Shown here piece after piece: positions 24,751 through 37,017 of a DNA stretch of 64,000 nucleotides. Location: NCBI RefSeq assembly GCF_018350175.1, contig NC_058368.1, positions 185,196,001 to 185,260,000 on the forward strand. The letters are read 5' to 3'. Made by a program: the position numbers and the translations under genes. A model generated the notes under the pieces. It had not been told where the DNA came from. It saw only the letters and a list, made by a program, of their open reading frames with translations, and ran no database searches. This DNA is from Felis catus. Its lineage: Eukaryota. Each line of letters opens with the position of its first letter. Positions within the stretch are counted from its first letter, which is position 1.

Positions 24751-27700
24751 GCATAATTTATCTACTTCATGGTAGTCCTTTCCTTTCTTTAAAATAGAGA
24801 TAACATTATGAAAAATAATCCAATATTTTTCTTATAAGGGTTCTGTCAGATTATATTTTCAGCTGAGAAATGTAGGTCTATTTGGATGAATCTAATTATA
24901 TCCTATATCACATCACAGAGGTAAAATGTCAGGATAGTATTGGTAACACAACTTAATCACCAGTTAACAGGCATTAGTTGTTCACATTGACTTTTTTTTT
25001 TTAATCTCTTTCAGACTTTAACCATCTATACAAAATCACAGAAGACTGGCATATGGAGGTTAACTCAAGGGATTTGGGGAGAACTTTCTCCTCCATTAAA
25101 ATTTTGAGAAAGATATTTTGGTTTCTGGAAATTTCTGGAAAAGTCCTCAAAGTTATTATTTCCTTACTATACCTCAGGGTTCTTTCCTAACTTTTTAAGA
25201 TGGATTGAGAAGAGACAGAATCCTTTCCTAAGAATCTGAAGAAAAGCCACCTCAGACAGTTTTTCTGAATGCCATGTTTTCCAACATTGAGTTCCAGCAC
25301 AGATCTCTTGGGCATCCAGTAAGAGTAAATAAGTTCTAATATCTTGTCATCTCTTTAAAGGATAGAATACTCCTTAACAGCCAATAAACACACTTTGTAG
25401 TGCTTCCTTAGGTGCTTAGTTTGGGAGGTCAAGACCTGATCATTGTCAAATGTTCTTTTGAAGTGATTTTAGATACTATATATACACACTATATATATGT
25501 ATATGTATATTATAGATACTATATATATGTATCTAGTCAGGGTTTGAATAATCAAGGGTAACAAATTTTGTTTCTTTTGTTCTCTTTGTTTGAAGAAATG
25601 CAAAAAATGAGTTGGTGTTAGCTGTGCAGCTTGAACCATCCACCCCCTAGGAAGAATTTACATGTTTAAGTATTGGATTGGTTGGTAGTGCTTTTAAAAT
25701 ATGTGTGTTTGGCTCTGCCACTATCTCAAGGAATAGCAGCTGCCTTTAAATGAAAGGCCTAATACTTTTTTGACTAATACCGTAACACCCCATGGAAATC
25801 CCCATTAGTCCCTTTGATGGAGCCTTTCGTGCCATTCAGTGTATTCTCTTGCCCTATTTCCCAGGATGGAAATTTGACCTATCCTGCATCCAGGAGCCTA
25901 ACACTGCCACAGAAAGGTTTTCAAATGCTCTTCAAGTACTATGCAGATAACCAGAGGATAGGTGGAGCTATGTGCTACAACATTTTTACTTACCTGAGTG
26001 GATAGGACTTAGAGGTAGAAGGTGCTGACAATAGACAATGTACTTAAATATCCATAACCCCCCATGGACTATGACTGAATAGTGCTGGCATAGAGGAGTA
26101 GAACCAAAAGGATTAACACAGAGAACTGTGTCTTGATAATTCCTTTTTTAGGGGAACCTTAGTGTATGGGAAACCTTGCTACAGCTTTTGTCCAAGAAGT
26201 GATGCCAGGCTGATAGGAAAGCTAGTTTTACTAAACTAGTACTAGTTTACTAATAGAGCTTTGTAGTTTCCCTGTAGCCTAACCTAGTAGCTTGGGCAAG
26301 CTGTGTTTAAGCCACTGACATTCGTAAGCTCTGTAAGTAATATCTGCATAATTTTATTTATGGTTAGAGGTGGAGAGACCGAAAAGGTAACAGCTCACCT
26401 TTCCCCAGCCCTCCATTTTGAACATACTGTCTCCAGGTATGTGGCTAGTGATGTAAGGATAAATTCCTCTATTGGAATATCTGAGTTATTATTCCAGGGA
26501 AAATCAAGAAGCAGAGTTGTGTCTAGATAAATAATGGAAATATGTGTTTTCTTAATTTTCTTTTGTGTATCTTTGTTTTGCAATTTTTCCAAGATGAGTG
26601 TGGATTACGTTTCAGATAAAAAAAAGTTGTATTTAAAATTAAGTTCAACGTTTTCTAGCAACAGTTTCAGCTCCTGTCTCTGACTCTGCTTCTTTCCTCA
26701 AAGGATTGCAAATGCAAGGATTTCTATACCTTATCTACTCGTTTAAAAACATTCTTGAGATCCATCGCAAGTAGCAGCTGTTATAAGAACTTTCTACTCC
26801 CTTAAACACCTAATCCCCTGTGACACATTCCATTTATCCTCCTTTTGTGGTGACTACAGCTTTAGCTGCCCCATGTGGGGAGACTTGCTGGTTTTATTTC
26901 ATTGCTCTGGATTGCTGCTCTTAGATTGCTGAAAAATGAACTTATTCTATAGCACTCAGTTTGTCGTGTTGCTCCTTTCTGAGGTTACTGTTCTGAATTA
27001 TTCCCTGTGTCCAGGATAACTCTTTGTCTACTCAGTATATTTCTTCTCTTTTACTTTGTACCTGCTGACCATTTTATATTGGCAATTTGTGCAGGTCTAT
27101 GCTAAAAATCTTCTTTGAATAGCAAATCTTCCATGCTTTGAACTCCTCTAATCAAAACTTGCTGTTTAAAATTCTGCCTGTGATTTTGCTTCTGCTTAAC
27201 TGTGGACACCTTTGGCATAGTTATCTTTATTCTTTCTAGCTAATGAAAATTTGGGCTAAAGAAGGGATCTTTTTATTTCCCATTAAAAATGCATTTGTCA
27301 AAATTATTAGTTTTGGAATATCAGATTTCAAAGGGAGCTCAGAGACCATCTGCTCAAATCATCTCATTTGTCAGATTGAGAAAAACGAGCCTCAGACCTC
27401 AGACATATGGGGACCAGACTAAAACTAGAATCCAGATCGCTGGTTGTCTTCTTACCATATCTGGTCTACTTTACTCTCAATGGAAAATATAATTTTCATA
27501 TCCTAATGTTTAAAACAAAGAAATAAATGTAAGGGATGAAATTCTTGACTCATCAGAGGGACTTTGGTTGCAAACAACAAAAACTGATTCTGGCCAATTT
27601 GGGCAAAAGGGAATTTGCTGAAAGATCATGAGAAGCTCACTTAATTCCTTAGCACAGGTTTTCAAAATGAGAAGTGATTAGGAGACCTCAGAAGGAGAAA

Positions 27701-27771
27701 CAGCATGTTCATCCATCAAGATGCCTTCAGTGTTCCCCTCAGCTTGATGAAATATCAAACAGGTTTTTTCC

Positions 27772-28032
27772 TGACTATGGGCCCCTAAGATCCCTTTTCT
27801 TAGAGTATTTACTTTAGAAAATTTGCAACTATAAATTCTTTCTTTGCTCCATTGAGATATAAATCTTCTCTCAGACTTCTCCTGGTTTTACAACCCAAAA
27901 GTGTCTTTCATAAGGACCTGGGAGCCACCCCTTGGAAATGCAGCCATCAAAAAAGATAGGGCCCTTGTCTCATTTCTGTGGGAGGGTAGGAGCCTAATTT
28001 CAATAAATGCCAATTAGTAAACACAGATGCCC
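27772..28032 (+). mobile_element. ERV1 LTR fragment (MER34/MER39-like)
   Basis: TTAGAGTATTTACTTTAGAAAATTTGCAA..AAGGACCTGGGAGCCA..TTTCTGTGGGAGGGTAGGAGCCTAA..CCAATTAGTAAACACAGATG. Confidence 0.75.
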
Positions 28033-28081
28033 TTCAAGATTTGTTCAGTGTCTGAGTAATGTCAAGAATCCAAGCATTTTC

Positions 28082-28610
28082 TTTTTTTTTCTTCCAAAAT
28101 TTTATTTAAATTCAAGTTATTTAACATACAGAGTAGTAATGGTTACAGTAGTGATTCATCACTTACATAAGACACCCAGTGCTCTTCATGAGCGCCCTTA
28201 ATGCCCATCACGCACTTAGCTCATCTCCCTACCCACCTCCCCTCTAGTAACCCTCAGTTTGTTCTCCGTTTTTAAGAGTCTCTTATGGTGTGCCTCCCTC
28301 TCTGTTTTTATCTTATTTTATATTTCCTTCCCTTCCCCTACGTTCATTCCACATGAGTGAAATCATTTGGTAGTTGTCTTTCTCTGACTTATTTCACTTA
28401 GCATAATACACTGTAGCTTCATCCATGTTGTTGCAGATGGCAACATTTCATTCTTTTTGAAATATATATCTATATCTATGTCTATGTCTATATCTATATC
28501 TATGTCATCTATATCTATATTTATATCTATATCTATATACCTAATCTATATCTATCTATCTTCTTTATCCATTCATCAGTCACTGGACATTTGGGCTCTT
28601 TCCATAAATT
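28082..28610 (-). mobile_element. 5'-truncated carnivore L1 3' end with internal (TATATC)n expansion
   Basis: Antisense of the 3'UTR seen at 55740-55985; degenerate TSD GAATCCAAGCATTTTC (28066-28081) / GAAGCCAGGCACTTTC (28611-28626). Confidence 0.92.
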
Positions 28611-29399
28611 GAAGCCAGGCACTTTCTATCTTTTGCTTTACCTTTCTTGACCTGTTTGCTTACCATCTAAAATTTACTAATAGCTACACAATGGCTATAC
28701 AATGGCTGCTAAATGTCCATGTATCACATTTCTGCTCAAAAGCAGGAGGCAGGGCAGTGGCTAGAACAGCCAAGAGAACTACCTCTTTCCTTTTATCTGT
28801 GAAGGGTAGATTGCTATTCCAGAGGCCCCTAGCATATTTCCTCTAATGTTTTATTCACTAGGCATGGTTCACATGCCTGTTTAGTGGCAAAGACAGGGGA
28901 ATTAGAAAAAAATAATGATTTTAATTCCTTAGCAATGGATTAGAAAAATAAATATTCATTCCTCTCCCCCAGGCTTAGAAGAGAAGCCTACTTTCCTCAA
29001 GTACATTGTTGGCCATCTGATACCTAAACAGAAGCGTATCACTGTTGGCCAGGGAGAGGGTGAGAAAGGCAGTTATGTAGATAATCAACAGTATATGCTA
29101 CAACATACCTTTGAGTATGTAGAGCCACTCTGTGGGTTTAGATCTGGATTATGAAGAAGAGAAGGCTGAAACAAGGACACTCCTAAGAGGAACAGACAGA
29201 TAGAAACTGCAATGGACACAAGAAACCTTATGAAAGTAGTGATAGAGAGGGCTGGAGAGGTCTCAAAAAAGCCCTAGAAGGCTCCAAAATATTTTGCCGA
29301 GCACTGTTGACTGTTAAGTTTGTGGAGGGAGATATGACAATGTATGTTAAATGTATTAAATTTTTATATACAATTTTGAATTGGTTCAGAAATTTTACT

Positions 29400-29424
29400 T
29401 TATTTTTTATTTTATCTTATTTAT

Positions 29425-29472
<48 letters not shown>

Positions 29473-29627
29473 CAAGCGGGGATTGGGTGGAGAGAGAAAA
29501 TCCCAGGCAGGCTCTGTGCTGGCTGTGCAGAGCCCAAAGTGGGGTTCAGTCCCATGAACCATGAGATCATGACCTGAGCTGAAATCAAGAGTTGGACGCT
29601 TAACCAACTGAGCCACTCAGGTGCCCC
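29400..29627 (-). mobile_element. CanSINE with long (GA)n tract
   Basis: Ends CTGAGCCACTCAGGTGCCCC; TSD CAGAAATTTTACT / CAGATATTTTACT. Confidence 0.95.
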
Positions 29628-30179
29628 CAGATATTTTACTCTTAAGAGATTTTTTTTTGTATTTTACACTAGGGAAACAACCAGCTATTCATGTAAAGAT
29701 TTACATACTAGCATGTTTATCACAGCATTATTTATAATTATGTAAACCTGGAAATAGGCAAAATGTGCAATGGCAGGGAGTTTTATGAATAAATCAAAAG
29801 TTTCTGTCTTTAAAGGATATTTAATGATTTGAAGGATATTAAAGAAGGCTATAAAGAAGGATATTTCTCCTGTGTAAGAAAGCAGGTTTCCAAAAGGATA
29901 TTTGCATGGTAAAAACATAGCATCTATGAGGGGTCATCCTTTTGACATACTGGAATTGCTGTAAATTTTTCATGTTCTTTATACTTTTTGGGTCTTTTCT
30001 AAAATGTATACAATATTTATGAAATAAATTCTATGAAAGATATCTCTTCAGTTTTGCCTAGGGTAGAACTGGAACCCAATGTTGATTTCAGATACAGACT
30101 CTGTGGTCAGCCCTCCAAGTTTGTCTAACTTTCAATATAGTATTTAAGTTACTTGTAAGAACAGCTCACTTACAGGTCA

Positions 30180-30240
30180 GTCTGTAGATGAGGAAACTGG
30201 GGCCAGATAGGCTAAGGAACTTGTTTACCATGCTGGAAAG
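30180..30240 (-). mobile_element. MIR core (probably resumes at about 30912-30955)
   Basis: TAGATGAGGAAACTGGGGCCAGATAGGCTAAGGAACTTG. Confidence 0.65.
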
Positions 30241-30244
30241 GGGT

Positions 30245-30910
30245 ACCATCACCTCTCCCTTGGAAGACAATTACTAGGCTAGGCCTCCATGTTTATCCTG
30301 CCCCACTGATTATTCCCTATCTAGCAGTTACATGGAACTCTTAAACACCTAAGTCAGATGATGACACGTACACTTACACAAACTTTTTAGAAGCTTCTCA
30401 GAATATTCAGTAACACCTATGTCCCTTACCATGTACCTATTTCTTGCTATCCTGCCTACTTCATCATTAGCCTACATGGCTAATCCAGTCTATTCACAAT
30501 GGCTTCCTCCTGTTCCTGAGACCTGCCAAGCCTGTGGCTCTTTAGGACATTTGTGTTTGCTGCTCTCTCTTCTGAGAATATTCTTGTGTTAAATCTTCAA
30601 GTGGCTTACTTCCTCATTTTCACTCATCTGTTCAAATGCTTTCTCCTTGAAGAGGCCTTCCCTGACCATTTTGTAATGTGGTCCCGTCTCTCTCTTATCA
30701 CCCCTCACATTTTTATCATGGATCTTCATCATTTTTCTTTATAACAAGGAATGCTCTACTCTGTGTCCATTTGTTTATCTGTCTTCCTTAGTAGAATGTA
30801 AGCCCTGTAAGGGTAAAGACTTTGCTTTACTTTCTGCTGTATGCCTAGTACCAAGAAGAATGATTGGTACATATTATCAGCTCAATAAAATCCAGCAAAT
30901 AAATATATCA
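30245..30910 (+). mobile_element. L2 3' fragment
   Basis: GAGGCCTTCCCTGACCA, TAGAATGTAAGCCCTGTAAGGGTAAAGACTTTG, CTCAATAAA. Confidence 0.75.
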
Positions 30911-31821
30911 ATGACAGAACCCATGTTTTCTCACCCCAAATCATATGTTTTCTTATTCCCTTATCAGAATATTTGTATGGTTGTAGATTATTTTAGACAT
31001 GTGTCAATTGGTTCATGATTAGAACATGTTTTTCATAATTATTCACTAAACTTAGTATTTTACAATACAAACGGCTCACTAAAGGTAGAACATCAAACTT
31101 AGTATTTTACAATACAAACGGCTCTGAATCTGGAAAGATTCATATACATATATCTTCTAATAAGTCTATTTTCTGAATTTACTTTAAGAGGAGGGAACAT
31201 TTCTGAATTTCATCAGAAATTCAGTTTAACTTGTCTATGAAGATTTATCACAATTTATTTTGCCTACTGCCCAAGAACTGCTATGAATTAAAATATGTAA
31301 TTAGGTAATAAACTATTTATAATGTATTACAGCTATTAGTAAGCTATAAGTATTCAAAGCATCATTAGTATCAAAGTGCATAGAGATGGAAAAGTTTAGG
31401 GTGACATTTATAGTAAATTATGCAACCCTTTAAAGCAAAACAAATATTTCAGTAATATGTTAATGATTTCTGGGTATAATGTCAAGTGACTGATGTTATG
31501 GTAGGTGGGCAATGAGAATGAGTTTGAAGCTGATGAGTTCTTAATGACATTATCTCTTTATCTTTTGCCCTTCTCTTACTCTTCATATTCAAAATTCAAT
31601 TTGAGTCGCCTCCTCTGATACCTGATAAACTTCATCTCATTTATCAGTGATACACATTCATTTTCATAATTTTAAGCTTTAGTTCCTAGACTTAGTAATA
31701 ATAAAACAATGATACCTACTGTTTAGACAACATTTATAATGTGCCAGATATTATGCTGAGTTCTTTGCTCCATTATCATATATAATCCTCTCAGCAAGCT
31801 TTTTTTTTCTTTCTGTTTTTC

Positions 31822-32240
31822 CTTTAGACTTTTTATTTTGAGGTAGTTTAAGACTCATTAGAAGTTTTAAAATAGTATAGAGAGTTTCTGTGTACTCATC
31901 ACTCAACTTTCTCAATATATAACCATAGACCATTGTCGAAACTGGGAAACTGACTTTAGCAAGACATTAACTTGAATTCAGACTATATTCAGAGTCTATC
32001 CGTTTTACATTTATTTCTCTTTTGGTGTATATCATCTATGAAATTTTTCCACATGCCATCTATTCATGCAACCATCATCACATGCAAGACACAGAAATGT
32101 TCCATCATCACAAAGAAATCTCTTCCTGTTGCCCTTTAGTAGGCACACATCCCAGCCTTACAACATGGTGCCCATAAATCTCTTTTCAATGGCTATAATA
32201 GTATTATTCTGAGTATGTGATAAAAATGGAATCATGAGCA
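31822..32240 (-). mobile_element. Old L1 3' end (L1MC/MD-like) inserted in a MIR (about 31700-31800 and 32250-32395)
   Basis: TTTTATTTTGAGGTAGTTTAAGACTCA..AAAATAGTATAGAGAGTTTCTGTGTAC; MIR resumes GAGGTACTATTATCTTCTCCATTTTA. Confidence 0.7.
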
Positions 32241-32863
32241 ACTTGTTGAAGGAGGTACTATTATCTTCTCCATTTTAACTTAGGACACTGAGATGTGAAG
32301 ACTTTGAGAGAAGGCCTTAGTGAAGGTCAGCCAGCCAGTAAGAGAGGGGTTGGGATTGGAACACAGGGCTTGACTCTAACACTCATGCTCTTGCTATTCT
32401 CCTTTCCCCCCCCTGTTTTATAGACAATAAATGCCTAGGTCCTAATGATATTAAAATCACTATTTCTGGGACCTACACAAATTTCCCTTTGAAAAATTCT
32501 AATATTTCCAAGTGAAATGGTCTTTAGTGACTTATTTTAGAAATTTCTATTTCAGTAGAATAGGACATTATACAATGTATGGCAGTAAATGAATCACTTC
32601 AAGGAAATAAAACTTATCTTGGAGGGCATTATCTACACTAGTCCCATTATCTGGCCCTTTCTTGTTATATGCAAAGAAAATTTTGACTCTTCTGATGTTA
32701 ATTTGTGCCTTCTAGTTAAAAGACTGGCCAAAATAGAAGATTCACGGAGGACCATAAGGAAAAGTAAATCAAAGATAGTCACAAATGTAACAATATTAGG
32801 ACAAGAACCTAAGTACATAATTTTGAAAAACAGAACAGAAAAATATCTATACTAAGCAGTTTA

Positions 32864-33103
32864 TTTTTTTTATTTTTTATTTAAAAAAAAATTTTTTTTT
32901 CAACGTTTATTTATTTTTGGGACAGAGAGAGACAGAGCATGAACGGGGGAGAGGCAGAGGGAGAGGGAGACACAGAATCGGAAACAGGCTCCAGGCTCTG
33001 AGCCATCAGCCCAGAGCCTGACGCGGGGCTCGAACTCACGGACCGCGAGATCGTGACCTGGCTGAAGTCGGATGCTTAACCGACTGCACCACCCAGGCGC
33101 CCC
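32864..33103 (-). mobile_element. Young felid CanSINE (SINEC_Fc)
   Basis: CpG-rich; TSD TATACTAAGCAGTTTA at 32848-32863 and 33106-33121. Confidence 0.97.
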
Positions 33104-33159
33104 AATATACTAAGCAGTTTAAATCAAATTGCAAACTTTGAATGAATGAATTATGTAAT

Positions 33160-33665
33160 GAATCTGGCCTACAGGTATTTTTATTTGGTCTGTGCAGTGT
33201 CTGAAACTGCAAATTAGTTACAAATATCTAAAAATGGGGAGCTTTAATACAAATTCCAAGTTCCTGGCTTCTTTTGGAAAGTAAAATAATCTGGAACATT
33301 GATTCTACATTACAGCTGAGGCTGAATCATTGTTTTTTCCTTTATGTTGTACATATGCTTTCCAGAGTGGCATAGTCCCCATCTACCCCAACAGAACCAT
33401 CTATTTAGAAAAAAAATTTTTTTACATTTGTTTATTTTTTAGAGGCAGACTCAGCACAGCAGAGAGAGAATGAGACACAGAATCCGAAGCAGGCTACAGG
33501 CTCTGAGCTGTCAGCACAGAGCCTGACACGGGGTTTGAACTCACAAACTGTGTGATCATGACCTGAGCCGAAGTCAGACACTTAACCAACTGAGCCACTC
33601 AGGTGCCCCCTTAGAACCATTTATTTTATCTGGGAGATGTGGTGTGCATTTGAGTTTGTGACATC
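33160..33665. mobile_element. MER102-like hAT element interrupted by a SINE
   Basis: TTTTATTTGGTCTGTGCAGTGT..CTGGCTTCTTTTGGAAA..ATCTGGAACATTG; end GCATTTGAGTTTGTGAC; related to 62095-62815. Confidence 0.65.
33407..33610 (-). mobile_element. Felid CanSINE
   Basis: TSD AGAACCATCTATTT (33393-33406) / AGAACCATTTATTT (33613-33626). Confidence 0.94.
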
Positions 33666-34436
33666 TGGTCAAGAGACTTAGTGAGATGATTCTACAATTT
33701 AAAAATTCTTGAATCAGAATTTGATAATTTTTTAAAAAATTATTTTCTATACTCTATCATGTAGAACAAAGTTCTACAAAATGATAACAGATGATAAAGA
33801 CTTCATAGCCAAATAAAATTGGAAATTCAAAGTACTTTATCCTACTTTAGAAATTCATAATCATATCCACATATTAGAAAAGGCTCTGATATCAACAATG
33901 AGGCCTATTTAACCTTGTTTAATTCAATATTTCCTATATATAATTGACTACATTAATACCTTGTGCATATGTATACATATATGTATGTATTTATATATGT
34001 ATATAGGTATGTATGCATGTCTTTTTGTACAACATTACTTCTTGGAACAACTGTTTTTTTCTTAGAAAAATGTTTTGGGAAATGCTGATTGAGAAAGATT
34101 AGAAATGTTTGAGCCTTCAGTTTCTCAACACATTCAAAATAATTGGCTTTCTGGAAATAAAAGTCTTAAATTTTCATTTCACTCCTCTGAAATCAACATG
34201 GCATACCCATTGATGCTGACCGAAACAAACACTGATTTTAAAATGGGAACAAGGTTAAAAATAAAAGCCAAGATCTAAGAAGAATTGTGAAATTGAAGAC
34301 ATCAGTGGAACATTCTATGGTTAGCATATTTCAAAGGAGAGAGAAAAGTCATCCTTTTGCTGCAAAAACTGCCAGATTGTGGTTTTGGTTTTTGCTTTCT
34401 AAGTCATGCTGGTTTCTGAATTCAGTGGATTATCAC

Positions 34437-34936
34437 TGTTGGTTTGCAATCTAGCCCCCGTACATGGAGGGCAAGGAGAGGCCAAAGAAAGCGGCAGTCC
34501 CCTCCAGATTGGTAGGTGGCAGTTTTAATAAGCAAAGGAACTTACATATGAGGCTTGTCTTGGGTGCTACAAGGTAAGAAGTTCTCTGCACCCGCCTGCC
34601 AGAATTTAAAAGTTTATATACACGACTTAATTGGGTTCAATTGTGTGTGCCATCCAGATGATATCTAAAACATATTGCTTTCTCAGGGTCGTGTCCTTAA
34701 AAATGACTTTGGTGGGGCACCTGGCTTGGTGTTGTGGGTTTGAGCCCCATGTTGTATGCACAGATTACTTAAAAATAAAATATTAAAAAAAAAAAAAAGA
34801 AAATGACTTTGGCTGTGGGATTGGTAGGCAGAAAGTATACTCCAAGGGTAGGGCAGAGTGTGAGGAACCTCTGACTACCAGGCTTTAGCTCGAGGGTCAA
34901 ACAGAGGTCATGTCCTCTGCGTGATTGCTTCCAACA
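34437..34936. mobile_element. ERV solo LTR, family not identified
   Basis: Termini TGTTGG...CCAACA, flanked by ATCAC / ATCAG; antisense ATTAAA and TATAAA suggest the minus strand. Confidence 0.7.
34714..34799 (+). mobile_element. Short CanSINE (no CT tract, internally deleted) inside the LTR
   Basis: GGGGCACCTGGCT..GGGTTTGAGCCCCATGTTG..AGATTACTTAAAAATAAAATATT(A)n; TSD AAAATGACTTTGG at 34700-34712 and 34800-34812. Confidence 0.9.
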
Positions 34937-35009
34937 ATCAGCCAGGCTGACCTTTGAAGATGCATGCCATGATTCTGCCAGGAGCAGCATTTATCATTTC
35001 ATTGTATCA

Positions 35010-36050
35010 TACATTCATTCAGCAAATATATACTTAGTACTTACAATGTTCCAGGTGCTGGGTATAAATTAATGGATAAAACAAAGCCCAGCCCTCATAG
35101 AGCTCACAATCTTGTAGGAAAAACAAGAAATAAGCAAGTAAACAAGCCAATCAACATCTAATTACCTGTTGCTGTGCTATAAGGAAAGCAAAGGCCAGGC
35201 TGGCGGGTGGAGAATAAGAGTGTGGAGAGGGGATGTTTGTCTTCAAATTGGGTGACTCTGGAAGGACTTTTCGAGATGACATTTATGCTGGATCCAGAAA
35301 TAGTCAAAGGAACAATCAAAGATATGCAGAAAGAAGAAAATTCAAGCAAAAGGGACAGCACCTGCAGAAATCCTGAAGTGGGAAAGACTTCAGTGTACCT
35401 GACCAGCTTCTGAGTTGGCCCTGTAGCTGGATGGCTGTGACTACAGTGGTGAGTGGAGGCAGGGGAAGATAGGTGAAGCAGGCAGAGCTTAGTTGTGCAG
35501 GACTTCACCTTCGACCATGAAAAAGGGCTTGTGTTGTTTTTATTTTATTTTTTTCTCGTAGTTCATCTGGGTGTTGGTGAACCTTTTTAAGCAAGGAAAT
35601 GACATGATCTGGTTAATGTTTTTTCTAATATCAATTCAGCAACTATTCACTTGGTGAGGGTGTGAATTTAGAAGCCAGGAGATTGGGCAGGGGGGCTGGT
35701 GCAGTGATGCAGAAGAGGATTGATTGTGGTTTAGACTATGCTGTGGTGGCAGAGTTGGAGACCAGTGTATGGATCCCACTCACATGTTGGATGTGGTAAC
35801 AATAGGGTTTGCTGATAAATGTCCTGCAGAATGTGAAGGAGTAGGATGACTGTCATGTTTCTGACCTAAGCACCCAGGTGGCTTGAACACAATTTAATGT
35901 CGTAGGGCAGATTTGGATGGGAGAGAGAAAAATCCATGATAGAATTTTAGAGATTTCTGTGGGATAGAAGTCACTGTGGAGACTGTATGAGTCTGTAAGT
36001 CAGAGGAGGGCTAGAAGCTGGAGATTTTCATCTGGGGACACCTCTACATA
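35010..36050 (-). mobile_element. L2 fragment, about 1 kb
   Basis: CATTCATTCAGCAAATAT..CCAGCCCTCATAGAGCTCACAATCT..TTTTAAGCAAGGAAATGACATGATCTG..GGATGACTGTCATGTTTCTGACCT. Confidence 0.85.
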
Positions 36051-36569
36051 TGACTAAATGTTTGCAAAATGTAACAAACAAAACATAATCGCATATAGGA
36101 AGTATTTCCTACTAAGTTTGGTTTTCTGAAGGCAAGACCAGTTTGTATATCTTTATTTTGTTAGTTTTTTTTAAAACACTTTATTTCCCAAATCTAAAAT
36201 TATGTAAGTCTGATTCTCACTTCTCATTTCAAGTCCATAGTCCCAGAAGCAGGGTAAAGAGCCAGGTACATCGTATTCACAACTGGGCAAGTTGCCACCT
36301 ACTAGCGGTTGAAGTCAAATCAGCTCTGAATAACTGAAGGCTGATCTCCCCTCATGAACAGATTCACCCTCAGGTACAACTCCGTAAGCCCCTTTTTTTC
36401 TTCCTGTTCCAACTCATTGATCAGAAGTGGTGATGACTCAGTCAAATTCAAATAGGAGTTTCATATTTCATTTCTCTTGCATGTTCAGAACAATGACTCT
36501 TGTGTTAATGTGCATGATAGAGCAGGGACTCCTTTAATAGAGGAACTCACAAAGAGGGAAAATGAAAAA

Positions 36570-36720
36570 GTGTGGTTTGGTGACAAAGGCCCTGGTCTAA
36601 GACACACTGTAATCCAAATCCCAGATCTACTGTTGATTAGCTCTTCATGATCTGGGGGATAGTACCTATCCTCATTTAGACTTCCTTTCTCTCCTGTAGT
36701 GTGAGGGTTTAAACAAAGAA
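36570..36720 (+). mobile_element. MIR remnant
   Basis: CCAAATCCCAGATCTACTGTTGATTAGCT. Confidence 0.5.
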
Positions 36721-36796
36721 TCTAAACTCAAGTAAGTTATAAAATAAGTAGAATTTCCTCAAGTTCCAATATTTTTGGCTTTATTTCCAATGCTTT

Positions 36797-37017
36797 TTTT
36801 CTTTTTTTTTTTAATGTTTTTATTTATTTTTGAGACCGAGAGAGACCCAGCATGAGCAGGGGAGGGGCAGAGAGAGGGGGAGACACAGAATCTGAAGTGG
36901 GCTCCAGGCTCTGAGCTGTCAGCACAGAGCCCGACGCAGGGCTCGAACCCACGGAGTGTGAGATTATGACCTGGGCTGAAGTCGGACGCTCAACCAACTG
37001 AGCCACCCAGGCACCCC
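36797..37017 (-). mobile_element. Felid CanSINE
   Basis: TSD TATTTCCAATGCTTT (36782-36796) / TATTTCCACTGCTTT (37018-37032). Confidence 0.96.

Larger units (their letters stand above)
27555..29105. mobile_element. Old ERVL/MaLR-class LTR remnant (LTR33-like), interrupted by an ERV1 LTR and an L1
   Basis: GACTTTGGTTGCAAACAACAAAAACTGATTCTGGC at start; CAATGGCTGC, TTCACATGCCTG and GATAATCAACAGTATATGCTACA at end. Confidence 0.45.

Noticed and set aside
24985..25330. Candidate exon after a polypyrimidine tract and CAG at about 25014 (similar acceptor-like sites near 51592 and 60083)
   Set aside because: No recognisable coding frame or convincing donor pairing; such signals are common in AT-rich DNA. 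Only transcript alignment could rescue them.
31048..31124. 30-bp repeat plus spacer as a CRISPR-like unit
   Set aside because: Only two copies, a 17-bp spacer and a eukaryotic context; better explained by template switching.
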